From Myxococcota bacterium (GTDB lineage: Bacteria; Myxococcota; Myxococcia; Myxococcales; Myxococcaceae): a stretch of 48,039 bases of DNA. The translations under genes were made by a program, and so were the position numbers. The stretch is taken from the NCBI GenBank assembly GCA_046725335.1, contig JBKOYI010000109.1, positions 1 to 48,039 of the forward strand. Direction: 5' to 3'. Shown here one piece after another: positions 1 to 8,232 of the stretch (its first letter is position 1; every line of letters begins with the position of its first letter). Under the pieces are notes generated by a model, which was not told where the DNA came from, made no database searches, and saw only the letters and a list, made by a program, of their open reading frames with translations.

Positions 1-540
1 GCCAAGGTGGGTCAGGAGGCGATGAAGAAGCTTCAGCCCAAGGAGGAAGCCATCAAGAAGAAGTTTCCCGAAGACCGGGAACGCCAGCAGATGGAGACGA
101 TGAAGGTCTACCAGGAGGCCGGGGTGAATCCCTTCGGCTCCTGCCTGATGCTTCTGATCCAGCTGCCGGTGTGGGCGGCCCTCTTCACCACCCTGCGCAA
201 CAGCTTCGAGCTGTACGGAGAGCCGTTCACCTCACACTTCCTTACCGACCTGACCATCAAGGACCCGACCTATTTGCTCCCGGTCCTCCTCGGCGTCTCC
301 CAGGTGGTGACGACCCTCCTCCAGCCTCCGGCGCTCGATGCTGCCCAACAGAGAATGATGGTCTGGTTCATGCCCATCTTCTTCACCGCCATCATGCTCA
401 ACTACCCGGCGGGGCTGCTGCTCTACATCTTCACCAACAACCTCCTCACCGTGGGCCAGCAGGCCGTCTTGAAGCGACTGTTGGCCCGGGGGGGAGATTC
501 GGCGGCTCCGTTGAAGCCGGCGCTGGAGAAGCGGAAGTGA
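1..540 (+). CDS. yidC: YidC/Oxa1 membrane insertase, C-terminal part (5' truncated by window edge)
   Basis: Frame-1 ORF open from base 1. Conserved YidC C-terminal segments are present (MKVYQEAGVNPFGSCLMLLIQLPVW, NYPAGLLLYIFTNNLLTVGQQ) plus a basic tail. It is followed by jag and mnmE, as in the conserved yidC-jag-mnmE cluster. Confidence 0.9.
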   Translation, partial: AKVGQEAMKKLQPKEEAIKKKFPEDRERQQMETMKVYQEAGVNPFGSCLMLLIQLPVWAALFTTLRNSFELYGEPFTSHFLTDLTIKDPTYLLPVLLGVSQVVTTLLQPPALDAAQQRMMVWFMPIFFTAIMLNYPAGLLLYIFTNNLLTVGQQAVLKRLLARGGDSAAPLKPALEKRK

Positions 541-1232
541 CCGATTCGCAGCTGGTCGCGGTGGCGGCGGTGCCAGAGGGCGACGGCCGTCGCGCCCAGG
601 CAGTGGAAACCCTGGAGCGGCTGCTCCGGGCGATGGAGGTCCCAGCCACCATCGACGCCAAGGACTTGCCAGACGGGGGCATCAGCCTGGCGGTGCATCC
701 CCAGGTGGAGCTCCAAGGGGTGACTCCGGGGCGTCGCAATCCGGTGGGAGATGCGCTCCAGTACCTGCTCAACAAGCTGGTCAACCGGCCAGGAGCGGAA
801 CGGCGCTGGGTGTCCGTCGGCATCGGGGCCCATCCCGAACCTCGCGTGCCCAAGGCGCATCGCCCGGCCCTTTCTCCGGCGGTGGTGAATGGGGCGAATG
901 GGCCGGCTCCGCAGCCGAGGCCGGCGGCGGCCCAGCCAGCTCCGTCCGTTCCTCCAGTGGACGAACGCTCCCTGGAGGTTCCCGAGGATCCCGGGTTCGC
1001 CGCGGCGGCTCGAGCGCTCGCGCTTCGCTCGGCCACCACGGGCCGCATCTACGGCATCGTCACCCTCTCGGCCGAGGACCGGGCTCGGCTGCTCCGGGCC
1101 ATCGAGTCGGTGTCCGGGGTGAGTGCCCGGGTCGAGGGAGAGGGGAGGTTGCGCCGGGTGGTGCTGACGCCGGCCCAGGTGGTCCCCATGCCCCGTCAGC
1201 GGCTTCCGGTGGACGACGTCGACGGGGACTGA
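537..1232 (+). CDS. Jag/KhpB-like RNA-binding protein (KH-like plus degenerate R3H-like C-terminus)
   Basis: GTG at 537 overlaps the yidC stop (GTGA). There is a KH-like stretch GDALQYLLNKLVNR and a C-terminal stretch SAEDRARLLRAIESVSGVSARVEGEGRLRRVVLTP resembling the Jag R3H region. The position between yidC and mnmE fits. The 5' part of track ORF 171..1232 is only out-of-frame overlap with yidC. Confidence 0.7.
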   Translation: MTDSQLVAVAAVPEGDGRRAQAVETLERLLRAMEVPATIDAKDLPDGGISLAVHPQVELQGVTPGRRNPVGDALQYLLNKLVNRPGAERRWVSVGIGAHPEPRVPKAHRPALSPAVVNGANGPAPQPRPAAAQPAPSVPPVDERSLEVPEDPGFAAAARALALRSATTGRIYGIVTLSAEDRARLLRAIESVSGVSARVEGEGRLRRVVLTPAQVVPMPRQRLPVDDVDGD

Positions 1233-1236
1233 GGCG

Positions 1237-1452
1237 ATGGGCAAGCCGAAAGCGCTCCGGGACAGGCTCTTCCGAGCCGCGGTGCTGAAGATGAGCTTTC
1301 GGCTGCGGGGCGACGAGCAATCGCCGGCCTTCAAGGGCATCTACCCAGGCGTGTTACGGGACCTCGAGCTCGACGACGCGGCGGTCGAGAAATACATCGA
1401 GGAGAATCGCGCCGCGGTCGAGACCGCTGCCCGCGGCAAGCCTCCTGGCTGA
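1237..1452 (+). CDS. small hypothetical protein (71 aa)
   Basis: ATG ORF 5 nt after the jag stop, with G/C-rich third codon positions like its neighbours. No recognisable motif. Confidence 0.4.
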   Translation: MGKPKALRDRLFRAAVLKMSFRLRGDEQSPAFKGIYPGVLRDLELDDAAVEKYIEENRAAVETAARGKPPG

Positions 1453-1471
1453 CGCATGGTCAGGTCATGTC

Positions 1472-2794
1472 ATGGCTGAGGACACCATCGTGGCCGTGGC
1501 CACGCCCCGAGGTCGGGGGGCGATCGGCATCGTTCGAATTTCCGGTCCCCAGGCCTTGGCCGTCTCTCGGCGGCTCGCTCCGCGCTTGCCCTCCGAGCCC
1601 ACTCCCCGGCACGCCTACTGGACCTCGCTTCTCTCTGCAGATGGCCGCCCGGTGGACGAGGGATTGGCCCTCTATTTCGCTCCCCAGGCCTCGACCACGG
1701 GGGAGCCGGTGGTGGAGTTGCACAGCCACGGGAGCCCTCGGGTGCAGTCCCTTCTCCTCGAGGGGCTGATGGCAGAAGGGCGGGCGAGATTGGCCCGCCC
1801 CGGCGAGTTCACCCAGCGGGCCTTCCTGAATGGGCGCATCGATCTGGCCCGAGCCGAGGCGGTGGCGGACCTCGTTGCCGCCGAGGGCGAGGCGGCCGTC
1901 CGGGCCGCCGCGGCCCAGCTCGGGGGTGCGCTCGGCGATGCCCTTCGAGCGGTGCGCAGCCCCTTGGCCGAGCTGCACGCGGACCTGGAAGCGCTGCTCA
2001 ATTTCCCTGAGGAGGCGTCCGAGGCAGAGGCCGGCATCGGGGCCCGGCTCTCGCAGAGCCGGGCTCAACTCGGGCGCCTGCTGGCCACTGCCCGGACGGG
2101 ACGGCTCCTGCGCCGCGGCGCCAGCGTGGTGCTGGCCGGTCCGGTGAATGCCGGCAAGTCGTCGCTGTTCAACCGTCTGGTGGGCGAGGAGCGGGCGCTG
2201 GTCGACCTCGAGCCCGGGACCACCCGGGATGTGCTCGAGGCACGGGTCGAGCTGGATGGGCTGGCGGTGACCTGGGTGGACACGGCCGGTTTCCGTGACT
2301 CGCCGGGGCGGGTGGAGGCGCTGGGACTGGAGCGGGCCCGCGCGGCTGTCCGGTCTGCCGAGCTCGTCCTGCTGGTCCTCCCCTGCGGGACGCCCGAACC
2401 GGAGCGGACCCATTGGCGGCAGGAGCTCGGTTCGGTGTCGAGTCTGCTGGTGGCCAGCAAGTCGGATCTCCGGGCCGCCGGGCCGGGGGAGGGCCTTCCG
2501 GTGTCGGCCTTGAGCGGCGACGGTCTGGACTCCCTCCGCCTCAGCGTGCTGGAGGTGCTCCGGGGGGGCGGCCTGGCCGATTCGGTGGCCCAGGTTTCCG
2601 AACGCCATGCCGAAGCTCTGGCCCGGGCCGACGAGGCGCTGGAGCAGGCCGAAGGCGCCCTGGCCGGCAATGCCCTGGAGGTCGTGGCCGGGGAAGTGGC
2701 CGGAGCGCTCCAGGCGCTCGGGGAGATCACCGGGGAGACCGCCAGCGAGGAGGTGCTGGCGGCCATCTTCTCCCGGTTTTGCATCGGCAAGTGA
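1472..2794 (+). CDS. mnmE: tRNA modification GTPase MnmE (TrmE)
   Basis: N-terminal DTIVAVATPRGRGAIGIVRISG, G-domain motifs GPVNAGKSSLFN, PGTTRD and DTAG, and the diagnostic C-terminal FCIGK. Confidence 0.95.
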   Translation: MAEDTIVAVATPRGRGAIGIVRISGPQALAVSRRLAPRLPSEPTPRHAYWTSLLSADGRPVDEGLALYFAPQASTTGEPVVELHSHGSPRVQSLLLEGLMAEGRARLARPGEFTQRAFLNGRIDLARAEAVADLVAAEGEAAVRAAAAQLGGALGDALRAVRSPLAELHADLEALLNFPEEASEAEAGIGARLSQSRAQLGRLLATARTGRLLRRGASVVLAGPVNAGKSSLFNRLVGEERALVDLEPGTTRDVLEARVELDGLAVTWVDTAGFRDSPGRVEALGLERARAAVRSAELVLLVLPCGTPEPERTHWRQELGSVSSLLVASKSDLRAAGPGEGLPVSALSGDGLDSLRLSVLEVLRGGGLADSVAQVSERHAEALARADEALEQAEGALAGNALEVVAGEVAGALQALGEITGETASEEVLAAIFSRFCIGK

Positions 2795-2820
2795 CCCGCC
2801 GCCGGCCTCATGACTCGCCA

Positions 2821-3462
2821 TCAGGCGAGCCGGTAGGCCAGCAGGGTGCGGGCATCCCCCGTCAGCGGGAGGGTGAAGCGGTCCACCCCTGGGCCTTCCC
2901 AGCCTGGAAGCGCCAGCGCCGGAGCAGGCCCCCCTCCCATCACGACCAGCATCCCGCCCGGAAGGAGGTAGGGACGGCCGAGGGCAGCCCACCGCTCCGG
3001 GTCGGCGAAGGCGCGCGACACCGCGACGTCGAACCGTGGCAGGCCCTCCCGTTGAGGATCCCCCACCAGGGTGCAGTGAAGGGCCCGGACCCGTGGGGCC
3101 AGCCCCAGCGCGGCGATGGCGTGTTTCACGAAGCCCACTTTCTTGGCCACCGAGTCCACCAGGGTCAGCTCCAGGGCGGGGTTGGCGATGGCCAAGGGAA
3201 GTCCGGGAAATCCGGCTCCTGTCCCGACATCGAGCACGGTGCGCGCCCTGGGGTCGAGGACCCGGAGAACGGCGAGGGAATCGAGAATGTGCTTGTCGGC
3301 GATTTCGATCGGATCGAGGATGGCCGTGAGATTGACCCGGGCGCTCCACCGAACGAGCTCGCCCGTCAACCACGACAGCGCGTCCGCTGCGGGCCCTTCG
3401 AGAGCGAGGCCCATTGAGCGGGCGCCCTCTTGGACCAGTCCGGAAATAGCCGGTTTATCCAC
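2821..3462 (-). CDS. rsmG: 16S rRNA m7G527 methyltransferase RsmG (GidB)
   Basis: NLTAI...HILDS and SAM-binding motif VLDVGTGAGFPGLPLAI. Start set at GTG 3462, which has GGAGGGG 6-7 nt upstream. The ATG at 3414 is an alternative. The track ORF extends to 3579 through AT-rich, non-coding-looking sequence. Confidence 0.85.
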   Translation of the reverse strand: MDKPAISGLVQEGARSMGLALEGPAADALSWLTGELVRWSARVNLTAILDPIEIADKHILDSLAVLRVLDPRARTVLDVGTGAGFPGLPLAIANPALELTLVDSVAKKVGFVKHAIAALGLAPRVRALHCTLVGDPQREGLPRFDVAVSRAFADPERWAALGRPYLLPGGMLVVMGGGPAPALALPGWEGPGVDRFTLPLTGDARTLLAYRLA

Positions 3463-3565
3463 AGGGCCCCTCCGTGCAGTGGCAGTTAACCTAGTGAAAT
3501 CCTTGGGATTGTACGTTGGCACGTTGTTTTCCCCAGGTCTCCCACAGAGGGAGGTTTCGGCTCTC

Positions 3566-5362
3566 TCAGGCTGCTGCACGTCGCTGCAAATGAATTCGGA
3601 GGAGAGCGAGGGCGACCGGGGTCAAGCCCGGGAGGCGGGCCGCGGCCTCGAGCGTCGGTGGCCGGTACCGAGCGAGGATGTCCTGTGCTTCGCGGGACAA
3701 GCCGCGAACGTCCTCGGGCCGCAACCCGGGGGGAATGGGCGCGTCCGGTCCGCCGAGGGTTCGGGCCTGGCGCCGGTCGGCTCGGGCGATGTAGCCGGCG
3801 TACTTGATCTCCGCTTCCACCTCCTCCACGACCTCAGCGGGCAGCTTCGGTCGGTCTGGGTCCAGGGCGGCCAGGTCGGTGTAACTCACGGCCGGGTTGC
3901 GGAGGCGCTCGGCCAGCCCGCAGCGCTCGAGCCTGTTCCGCTCCTGGGTGATGGCCAGGCGTCGTCGCTCCACCCGGGCCCACTGGTGGCCGCCCACGAG
4001 TCCGAGGCGAGCCGCCGCCTCGGCCATCCGGAGCTCGGCATTTCCTTCGCGCAGAGTCAGGCGGTGCTCGCTGCGGGAGGTGAGCATCCGGAAAGGCTCG
4101 TCCAGGCCCCGCTGGACCAGCTCGTCGATGAGCACGCCGGCGTGGGCCTCGGAACGACGGAGAACGAGCGGTGGCTCTCCCCGGAGACGAAGCGCCACGT
4201 TGGCCCCGGCGAGGAGTCCCTGCACCGCGGCTTCCTCGTACCCCGACGTCCCGTTGAGCTGCCCGGCGAACCAGAGACCTTGGATGCGGCGACTCTCCAA
4301 GGTCGGTTGGAGTTGGGTGGGCGGCGCGTAGTCGTACTCGACGGCGTAGCCCGGTCGAGCGAGCTCCACCCGCTCGAGCCCAGGGATGGTGCGGAGAAAG
4401 TGGAGCTGGGCATCCTGGGGCAGGCTGGTGGAGAGTCCAGCCGGGTAAATCAATGGCGAATCGAGCCCCTCCGGTTCGAGGAACACGGTGTGCCGAGCTC
4501 GCTCGGGGAATCGAACCACCTTGTCCTCGAGCGACGGGCAGTAGCGGGGACCCCGTCCGCGAATCGTCCCGTCATAGAGCGGCGAGCGATGGAGGTTGCT
4601 GCGCACCGTCGCATGGGTCGCAGCAGTGGTGTGGGTGAGGTGGCAAGGGCGCTGCGCGAGGACCGGGAAATGGCCCGTGCTCGCCGAGAAGGGACGCGGT
4701 TGGGCGTCTCCCGGCTGTAGCCCGCAGCGGGACCAGTCGATGCTCTCGGCCAGCAGACGGGGTGGGGTGCCGGTCTTGAAGCGGCCCAGGGTGAAGCCGA
4801 GGGCCCGCAGCGAGTCCGAAAGGCCGAGCGCCGGTGCATCCCCGTGCCGGCCGCCGGGAGACTGCACCGCCCCCACATGCATCACCGCCTGCAAGAACGT
4901 CCCGGTGGTGAGGGTGACTGCCTGAGCGTCGATGCGCTCACCGGTCGCGAGGACGATGCCGCGGACGGCCGGCCCCTCCACCTCGAGCCGGTCCACCCGG
5001 CCCTCCAGCACGGTGAGCCGGGGCTGGGCCCGGATGGTGTCCCGCAGGGTGCGGGCGTAGGCGTCGCGGTCGCAGAGCATCCGGGTGGCTCGGACGGCCG
5101 GGCCTTTCGAGGCGTTGAGCGTCCGGACGTGAATGGCGGTCTGGTCCGCAGCCCGGCCCATTTCGCCCCCCAGCGCGTCCATCTCCCGGACCAGGTGGCC
5201 CTTGGCCGTTCCACCGATGGCCGGGTTGCAGCTCATCAGGGCGATCCGGTCTTCTCGAAGGGTCACCGCCAGGGTGTGGAACCCCAGCCGCGCACAAGCC
5301 AGAGCCGCCTCGCACCCGGCGTGTCCCAGCCCCACCACGATGACCTCGAAGGCCCGCTCCAT
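3566..5362 (-). CDS. mnmG: tRNA uridine-5-carboxymethylaminomethyl synthesis enzyme MnmG (GidA)
   Basis: Starts MERAFEVIVVGLGHAGCEAALACARLG (FAD-binding GxGxxG). Conserved segments MSCNPAIGGTAKGHLVREMDALGG, GPRYCPSLEDKV and FAGQLNGTSGYEEAA are present. The track ORF 3566..6376 runs far upstream across parA antisense. ATG 5362 is the first start preceding the conserved N-terminus. Confidence 0.95.
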   Translation of the reverse strand: MERAFEVIVVGLGHAGCEAALACARLGFHTLAVTLREDRIALMSCNPAIGGTAKGHLVREMDALGGEMGRAADQTAIHVRTLNASKGPAVRATRMLCDRDAYARTLRDTIRAQPRLTVLEGRVDRLEVEGPAVRGIVLATGERIDAQAVTLTTGTFLQAVMHVGAVQSPGGRHGDAPALGLSDSLRALGFTLGRFKTGTPPRLLAESIDWSRCGLQPGDAQPRPFSASTGHFPVLAQRPCHLTHTTAATHATVRSNLHRSPLYDGTIRGRGPRYCPSLEDKVVRFPERARHTVFLEPEGLDSPLIYPAGLSTSLPQDAQLHFLRTIPGLERVELARPGYAVEYDYAPPTQLQPTLESRRIQGLWFAGQLNGTSGYEEAAVQGLLAGANVALRLRGEPPLVLRRSEAHAGVLIDELVQRGLDEPFRMLTSRSEHRLTLREGNAELRMAEAAARLGLVGGHQWARVERRRLAITQERNRLERCGLAERLRNPAVSYTDLAALDPDRPKLPAEVVEEVEAEIKYAGYIARADRRQARTLGGPDAPIPPGLRPEDVRGLSREAQDILARYRPPTLEAAARLPGLTPVALALLRIHLQRRAAA

Positions 5363-5413
5363 CGGCGGGCGCCAGCACTGCCACGTTCCTCCGACCTTGC
5401 CAAATCCAGTGCC

Positions 5414-5429
5414 TGTTCCACGTGGAACG
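5414..5429. promoter_or_regulatory. parS centromere-like site
   Basis: TGTTCCACGTGGAACG, whose inner 14 nt are a perfect palindrome, matches the parS consensus tGTTnCACGTGnAACa. It lies in the divergent mnmG/parA intergenic region, 96 nt upstream of the parA start. Confidence 0.8.
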
Positions 5430-5524
5430 TCGCCGGAAGGCGGCCCGGGCGAGTGGAAATTTGTCCTGTCATCCCAGCGTGCTACGCGTCCAGCGACGGC
5501 AGCGAAGGAATGGAGGAGGCAGCC

Positions 5525-6310
5525 GTGGGTCGCGTGATCTGCATCTCCAACCAAAAGGGTGGGGTCGGAAAGACGACCACGGCCATCAATCTGGCGGCGA
5601 GCCTCGCTTCCGCGGAGCGGAGGGTCCTGCTGGTCGACATGGACCCCCAGGGAAACGCCAGCAGCGGCCTGGGCCTGAAGCGCGACACCATCCGCGGGAC
5701 GGTTTACGAGGCGCTCCTCGAGCAGCGCCCGATGCGCGAGCTGCTCCATCCGACCGAGCTGCGCTTTCTCCAGGTCGTTCCTTCCACCCCAGACCTGACC
5801 GGGGCGGAAATCGAGCTGGTGAACCTTCCTCGCCGCGAATTTCGTCTGCGTGAGGCGCTCCGGCCGCTCGTGGCCGACCACGACTACATCGTCCTGGACT
5901 GCCCGCCCTCGCTGGGGCTGCTCACCCTCAATGCCCTGACCGCGGCGGATTCGGTCCTGATTCCGCTCCAGTGCGAGTACTACGCCCTCGAAGGCCTCTC
6001 CCAGCTCATGCAGACCGTGGAGCTGGTCCGGCGTGGGCTGAACCCGGGTCTTTCCACCGAGGGCATCCTGCTCACGATGTTCGACGTCCGCGCCAACATT
6101 GCCCACCAGGTGGCCAACGACGTCCGGGGCTACTTCAAGGACCTGGTCTTCCAGGCCGTCGTTCCCAGGAACGTCCGGCTCTCGGAATGCCCCAGCTTCG
6201 GCAAGCCCATCCTGCTCTACGACATCAAATCCAAGGGTTGTGAGAGCTACCTGGCGCTGGGCCATGAAATCATGCGCCGAGACCAAGGGCCCACGGACCA
6301 GGCGGCCTGA
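5525..6310 (+). CDS. parA: chromosome partitioning ATPase ParA (Soj)
   Basis: Deviant Walker A in VGRVICISNQKGGVGKTTTAINLA. GTG 5525 is preceded by GGAGGAGG (5512-5519) with a 5-nt spacer. ATG 5510 is an alternative start. Confidence 0.93.
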   Translation: MGRVICISNQKGGVGKTTTAINLAASLASAERRVLLVDMDPQGNASSGLGLKRDTIRGTVYEALLEQRPMRELLHPTELRFLQVVPSTPDLTGAEIELVNLPRREFRLREALRPLVADHDYIVLDCPPSLGLLTLNALTAADSVLIPLQCEYYALEGLSQLMQTVELVRRGLNPGLSTEGILLTMFDVRANIAHQVANDVRGYFKDLVFQAVVPRNVRLSECPSFGKPILLYDIKSKGCESYLALGHEIMRRDQGPTDQAA

Positions 6311-6315
6311 CTCCG

Positions 6316-7191
6316 ATGGACCCCTCTCCCATGGATCGAACCCCCAAGCGCGCGCTGGGCCGAGGACTTTCCGCACTCATCCCCCAGGCCAGCGTCCCCG
6401 TGCATGGTGCCCTGGCGGAGTCGGCGGGAATCGTCCGCCTCCCGCTGGAACGCATCCGCCGGGACCCTCGTCAGCCTCGCAAGACCTTCGATGAGGAGAA
6501 GCTGCGCGAGCTGGCTGAGTCAATTCGGACCCAGGGCCTCATCCAGCCCATTCTGGTTCGCCGGGAGGGGGCGGACTACCGGCTCATCGCCGGAGAACGG
6601 CGCTGGCGCGCCGCCCAGCTGGCGGCGCTGGAGGCCATCCCCGCCCTCATCCGGGAAGTGAGCGACGCCGAGGCCTTCGAGCTGGCACTGGTGGAGAACC
6701 TCCAGCGCACCGACCTCAACCCCCTCGAGGAGGCCGAGGGGTACCGCCGGCTCATCGAGGAATTCGGCCTGACCCAGGAACAGGTGGGCGAGCGGGTTGG
6801 CCGGGAGCGGGCCAGCGTGGCCAATGCCCTGCGATTGTTGCAGCTGCCTGCAGGGGTGAAGGAGCTCCTTGCCTCGGGCGCACTGGGGATGGGGCATGCC
6901 CGCGCGCTGCTGGGCATCGGCTCGGCTGCAGAGCTGATTGCCGCCGCCGAACGTGTGGTTCGCGAAGGCCTCTCGGTTCGGGAGACCGAGCGGCTGGTGC
7001 AGGCCCGGCGTCGGCCGCGGGCAACGCGCAAGTCCTCCAGCCGCGCCGCCGAGCAGGCGGTGGTGGAGGATCTGCAGCGGCGTCTGGGGACCAAGGTGCG
7101 ACTTGCCGATCGCGGCGGGAAAGGGACGCTGGAGATTGACTTCTTCTCGTACGAGGACCTGGAGCGTATCCTCGCGCTGCTGCGGCGATGA
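6316..7191 (+). CDS. parB: chromosome partitioning protein ParB (Spo0J)
   Basis: KRALGRGLSALIP N-terminal box, CTP-binding box LIAGERRWRAA, an HTH region and a C-terminal dimerisation segment. Lies 5 nt downstream of parA. Confidence 0.95.
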   Translation: MDPSPMDRTPKRALGRGLSALIPQASVPVHGALAESAGIVRLPLERIRRDPRQPRKTFDEEKLRELAESIRTQGLIQPILVRREGADYRLIAGERRWRAAQLAALEAIPALIREVSDAEAFELALVENLQRTDLNPLEEAEGYRRLIEEFGLTQEQVGERVGRERASVANALRLLQLPAGVKELLASGALGMGHARALLGIGSAAELIAAAERVVREGLSVRETERLVQARRRPRATRKSSSRAAEQAVVEDLQRRLGTKVRLADRGGKGTLEIDFFSYEDLERILALLRR

Positions 7192-7260
7192 GGTGTCGGG
7201 CCTGGCCTTCGCTGGCCTTTCGCGGCGCCCCGGCTCGATCCGAGAAAACGAGGGACCAGG

Positions 7261-7680
7261 ATGGCGGTGTTGAAACGCGAGGAGGAGAACGTGGTCGTTC
7301 GCGGTGGTGACGTTCACACGTTGCTTGGAAAGGGCAGCGAGTTTGAGGGCAAGCTGACCTTCGAAGGGCAGGTGCGCATCGACGGGAAGTTCTCCGGCCA
7401 GATCTTCACCAAGGACACCCTGGTGATCGGCGAGGGCGCCCGGGTCAACGCCGAGGTCAACGCCGGGACCGTCATCGTGAACGGGCTGGTGGAGGGGAAC
7501 ATCCGCGCCACCCAGCTCATCGAGCTGCACAACCCCGGTCGCGTCAAGGGCAACATGGAGACGCCGGCGCTCAGCATCGACAAGGGCGTCATGTTCGAAG
7601 GGTCGTGCAAGATGGAGAGCATCGGGAAGGGTGCAGCGCCCCCCACGCCGCTGCCCCCGCCCGAGCTGCCGAAGCGCTGA
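7261..7680 (+). CDS. bactofilin (DUF583) cytoskeletal protein, BacM-like by position
   Basis: Beta-helical bactofilin repeats (GKGSEFEGKLTFEGQVRIDGKFSGQIF...VIGEGARVNAEVNAGTVIVNGLVEGNIRA...GRVKGNM). Sits immediately downstream of parAB. Confidence 0.9.
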   Translation: MAVLKREEENVVVRGGDVHTLLGKGSEFEGKLTFEGQVRIDGKFSGQIFTKDTLVIGEGARVNAEVNAGTVIVNGLVEGNIRATQLIELHNPGRVKGNMETPALSIDKGVMFEGSCKMESIGKGAAPPTPLPPPELPKR

Positions 7681-7683
7681 GCC

Positions 7684-8205
7684 GTGCGCGTCGCCACCCG
7701 AGGCGCGCGCCGCTGGTGGATTCTCGGCCTGGTGCTGGGCTGCTCTCGCTCACCGCCGCCGGTTGCTCCGCCAGTCGAGGACGCGGGCCCCCCGGTGGGT
7801 CGGCCCGCCAGCGTGCACTTGCCGCTCCCTTCCGGGTGGACCGTCGTCACCGGCGCGGACGGGACGCTCCGGGTGGCCAGCGCTCCCGGTCGGGTGGTGC
7901 TGCGGGCCGAGCTGCGCCGGGAGGTGGGTCTGCCCACGGCGGAGACGATGCGCAGTGGGTTCACCGAGGGGCTGAAGCGACTCCGGGTCCGGCGTTCCTC
8001 GGCCACCGAGGAGCCGGGGTACGTGGCCCTGAACATGGTGGTGGGCGAACCGGCGGATGCCTCCCTCGACGAAGCGGTCTACCTCGCGGCGAGGCGGCTC
8101 GGCGACGAGACCTTGCTCTGCGCCTCGGTGCGTGGGGCGACAGCGGCGGAGCTGGAGATCGCCGAGCGGGCGAGCCGCGGGGCCGAGCGCCCCGATGGCG
8201 GGTGA
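7684..8205 (+). CDS. putative lipoprotein, unknown function
   Basis: GTG start 3 nt after the bactofilin stop. The N-terminus RGARRWWILGLVLGCS has a lipobox (LVLGC). No other motif recognised. Confidence 0.6.
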   Translation: MRVATRGARRWWILGLVLGCSRSPPPVAPPVEDAGPPVGRPASVHLPLPSGWTVVTGADGTLRVASAPGRVVLRAELRREVGLPTAETMRSGFTEGLKRLRVRRSSATEEPGYVALNMVVGEPADASLDEAVYLAARRLGDETLLCASVRGATAAELEIAERASRGAERPDGG

Positions 8206-8232
8206 GGCTCCGCCGCTCTCATATCATCAGCA

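Noticed and set aside
1460-3373. 637-aa ORF on the minus strand across mnmE and rsmG
   Set aside because: It is antisense to the clearly recognisable mnmE. Its product is Arg/Gly/Pro-rich with no motifs. This is the typical stop-codon-poor shadow frame of high-GC DNA.
3455-3566. Replication origin (oriC) between mnmG and rsmG
   Set aside because: There is only one perfect DnaA box and one weak one. No box cluster or obvious AT-rich 13-mer repeats are present, and the spacer is only about 100 bp. It is kept as a possible regulatory box only.
3116-4720. 534-aa plus-strand ORF overlapping rsmG and mnmG
   Set aside because: It is antisense to mnmG, which has unambiguous conserved motifs. The translation is low-complexity.
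4844-5524. Upstream 227 codons of track ORF 4844..6310 (a long N-terminal extension of ParA)
   Set aside because: The extension runs antisense through mnmG and across the parS/promoter region. ParA homologs begin a few residues before the KGGVGKT box, and GTG 5525 has a strong SD.
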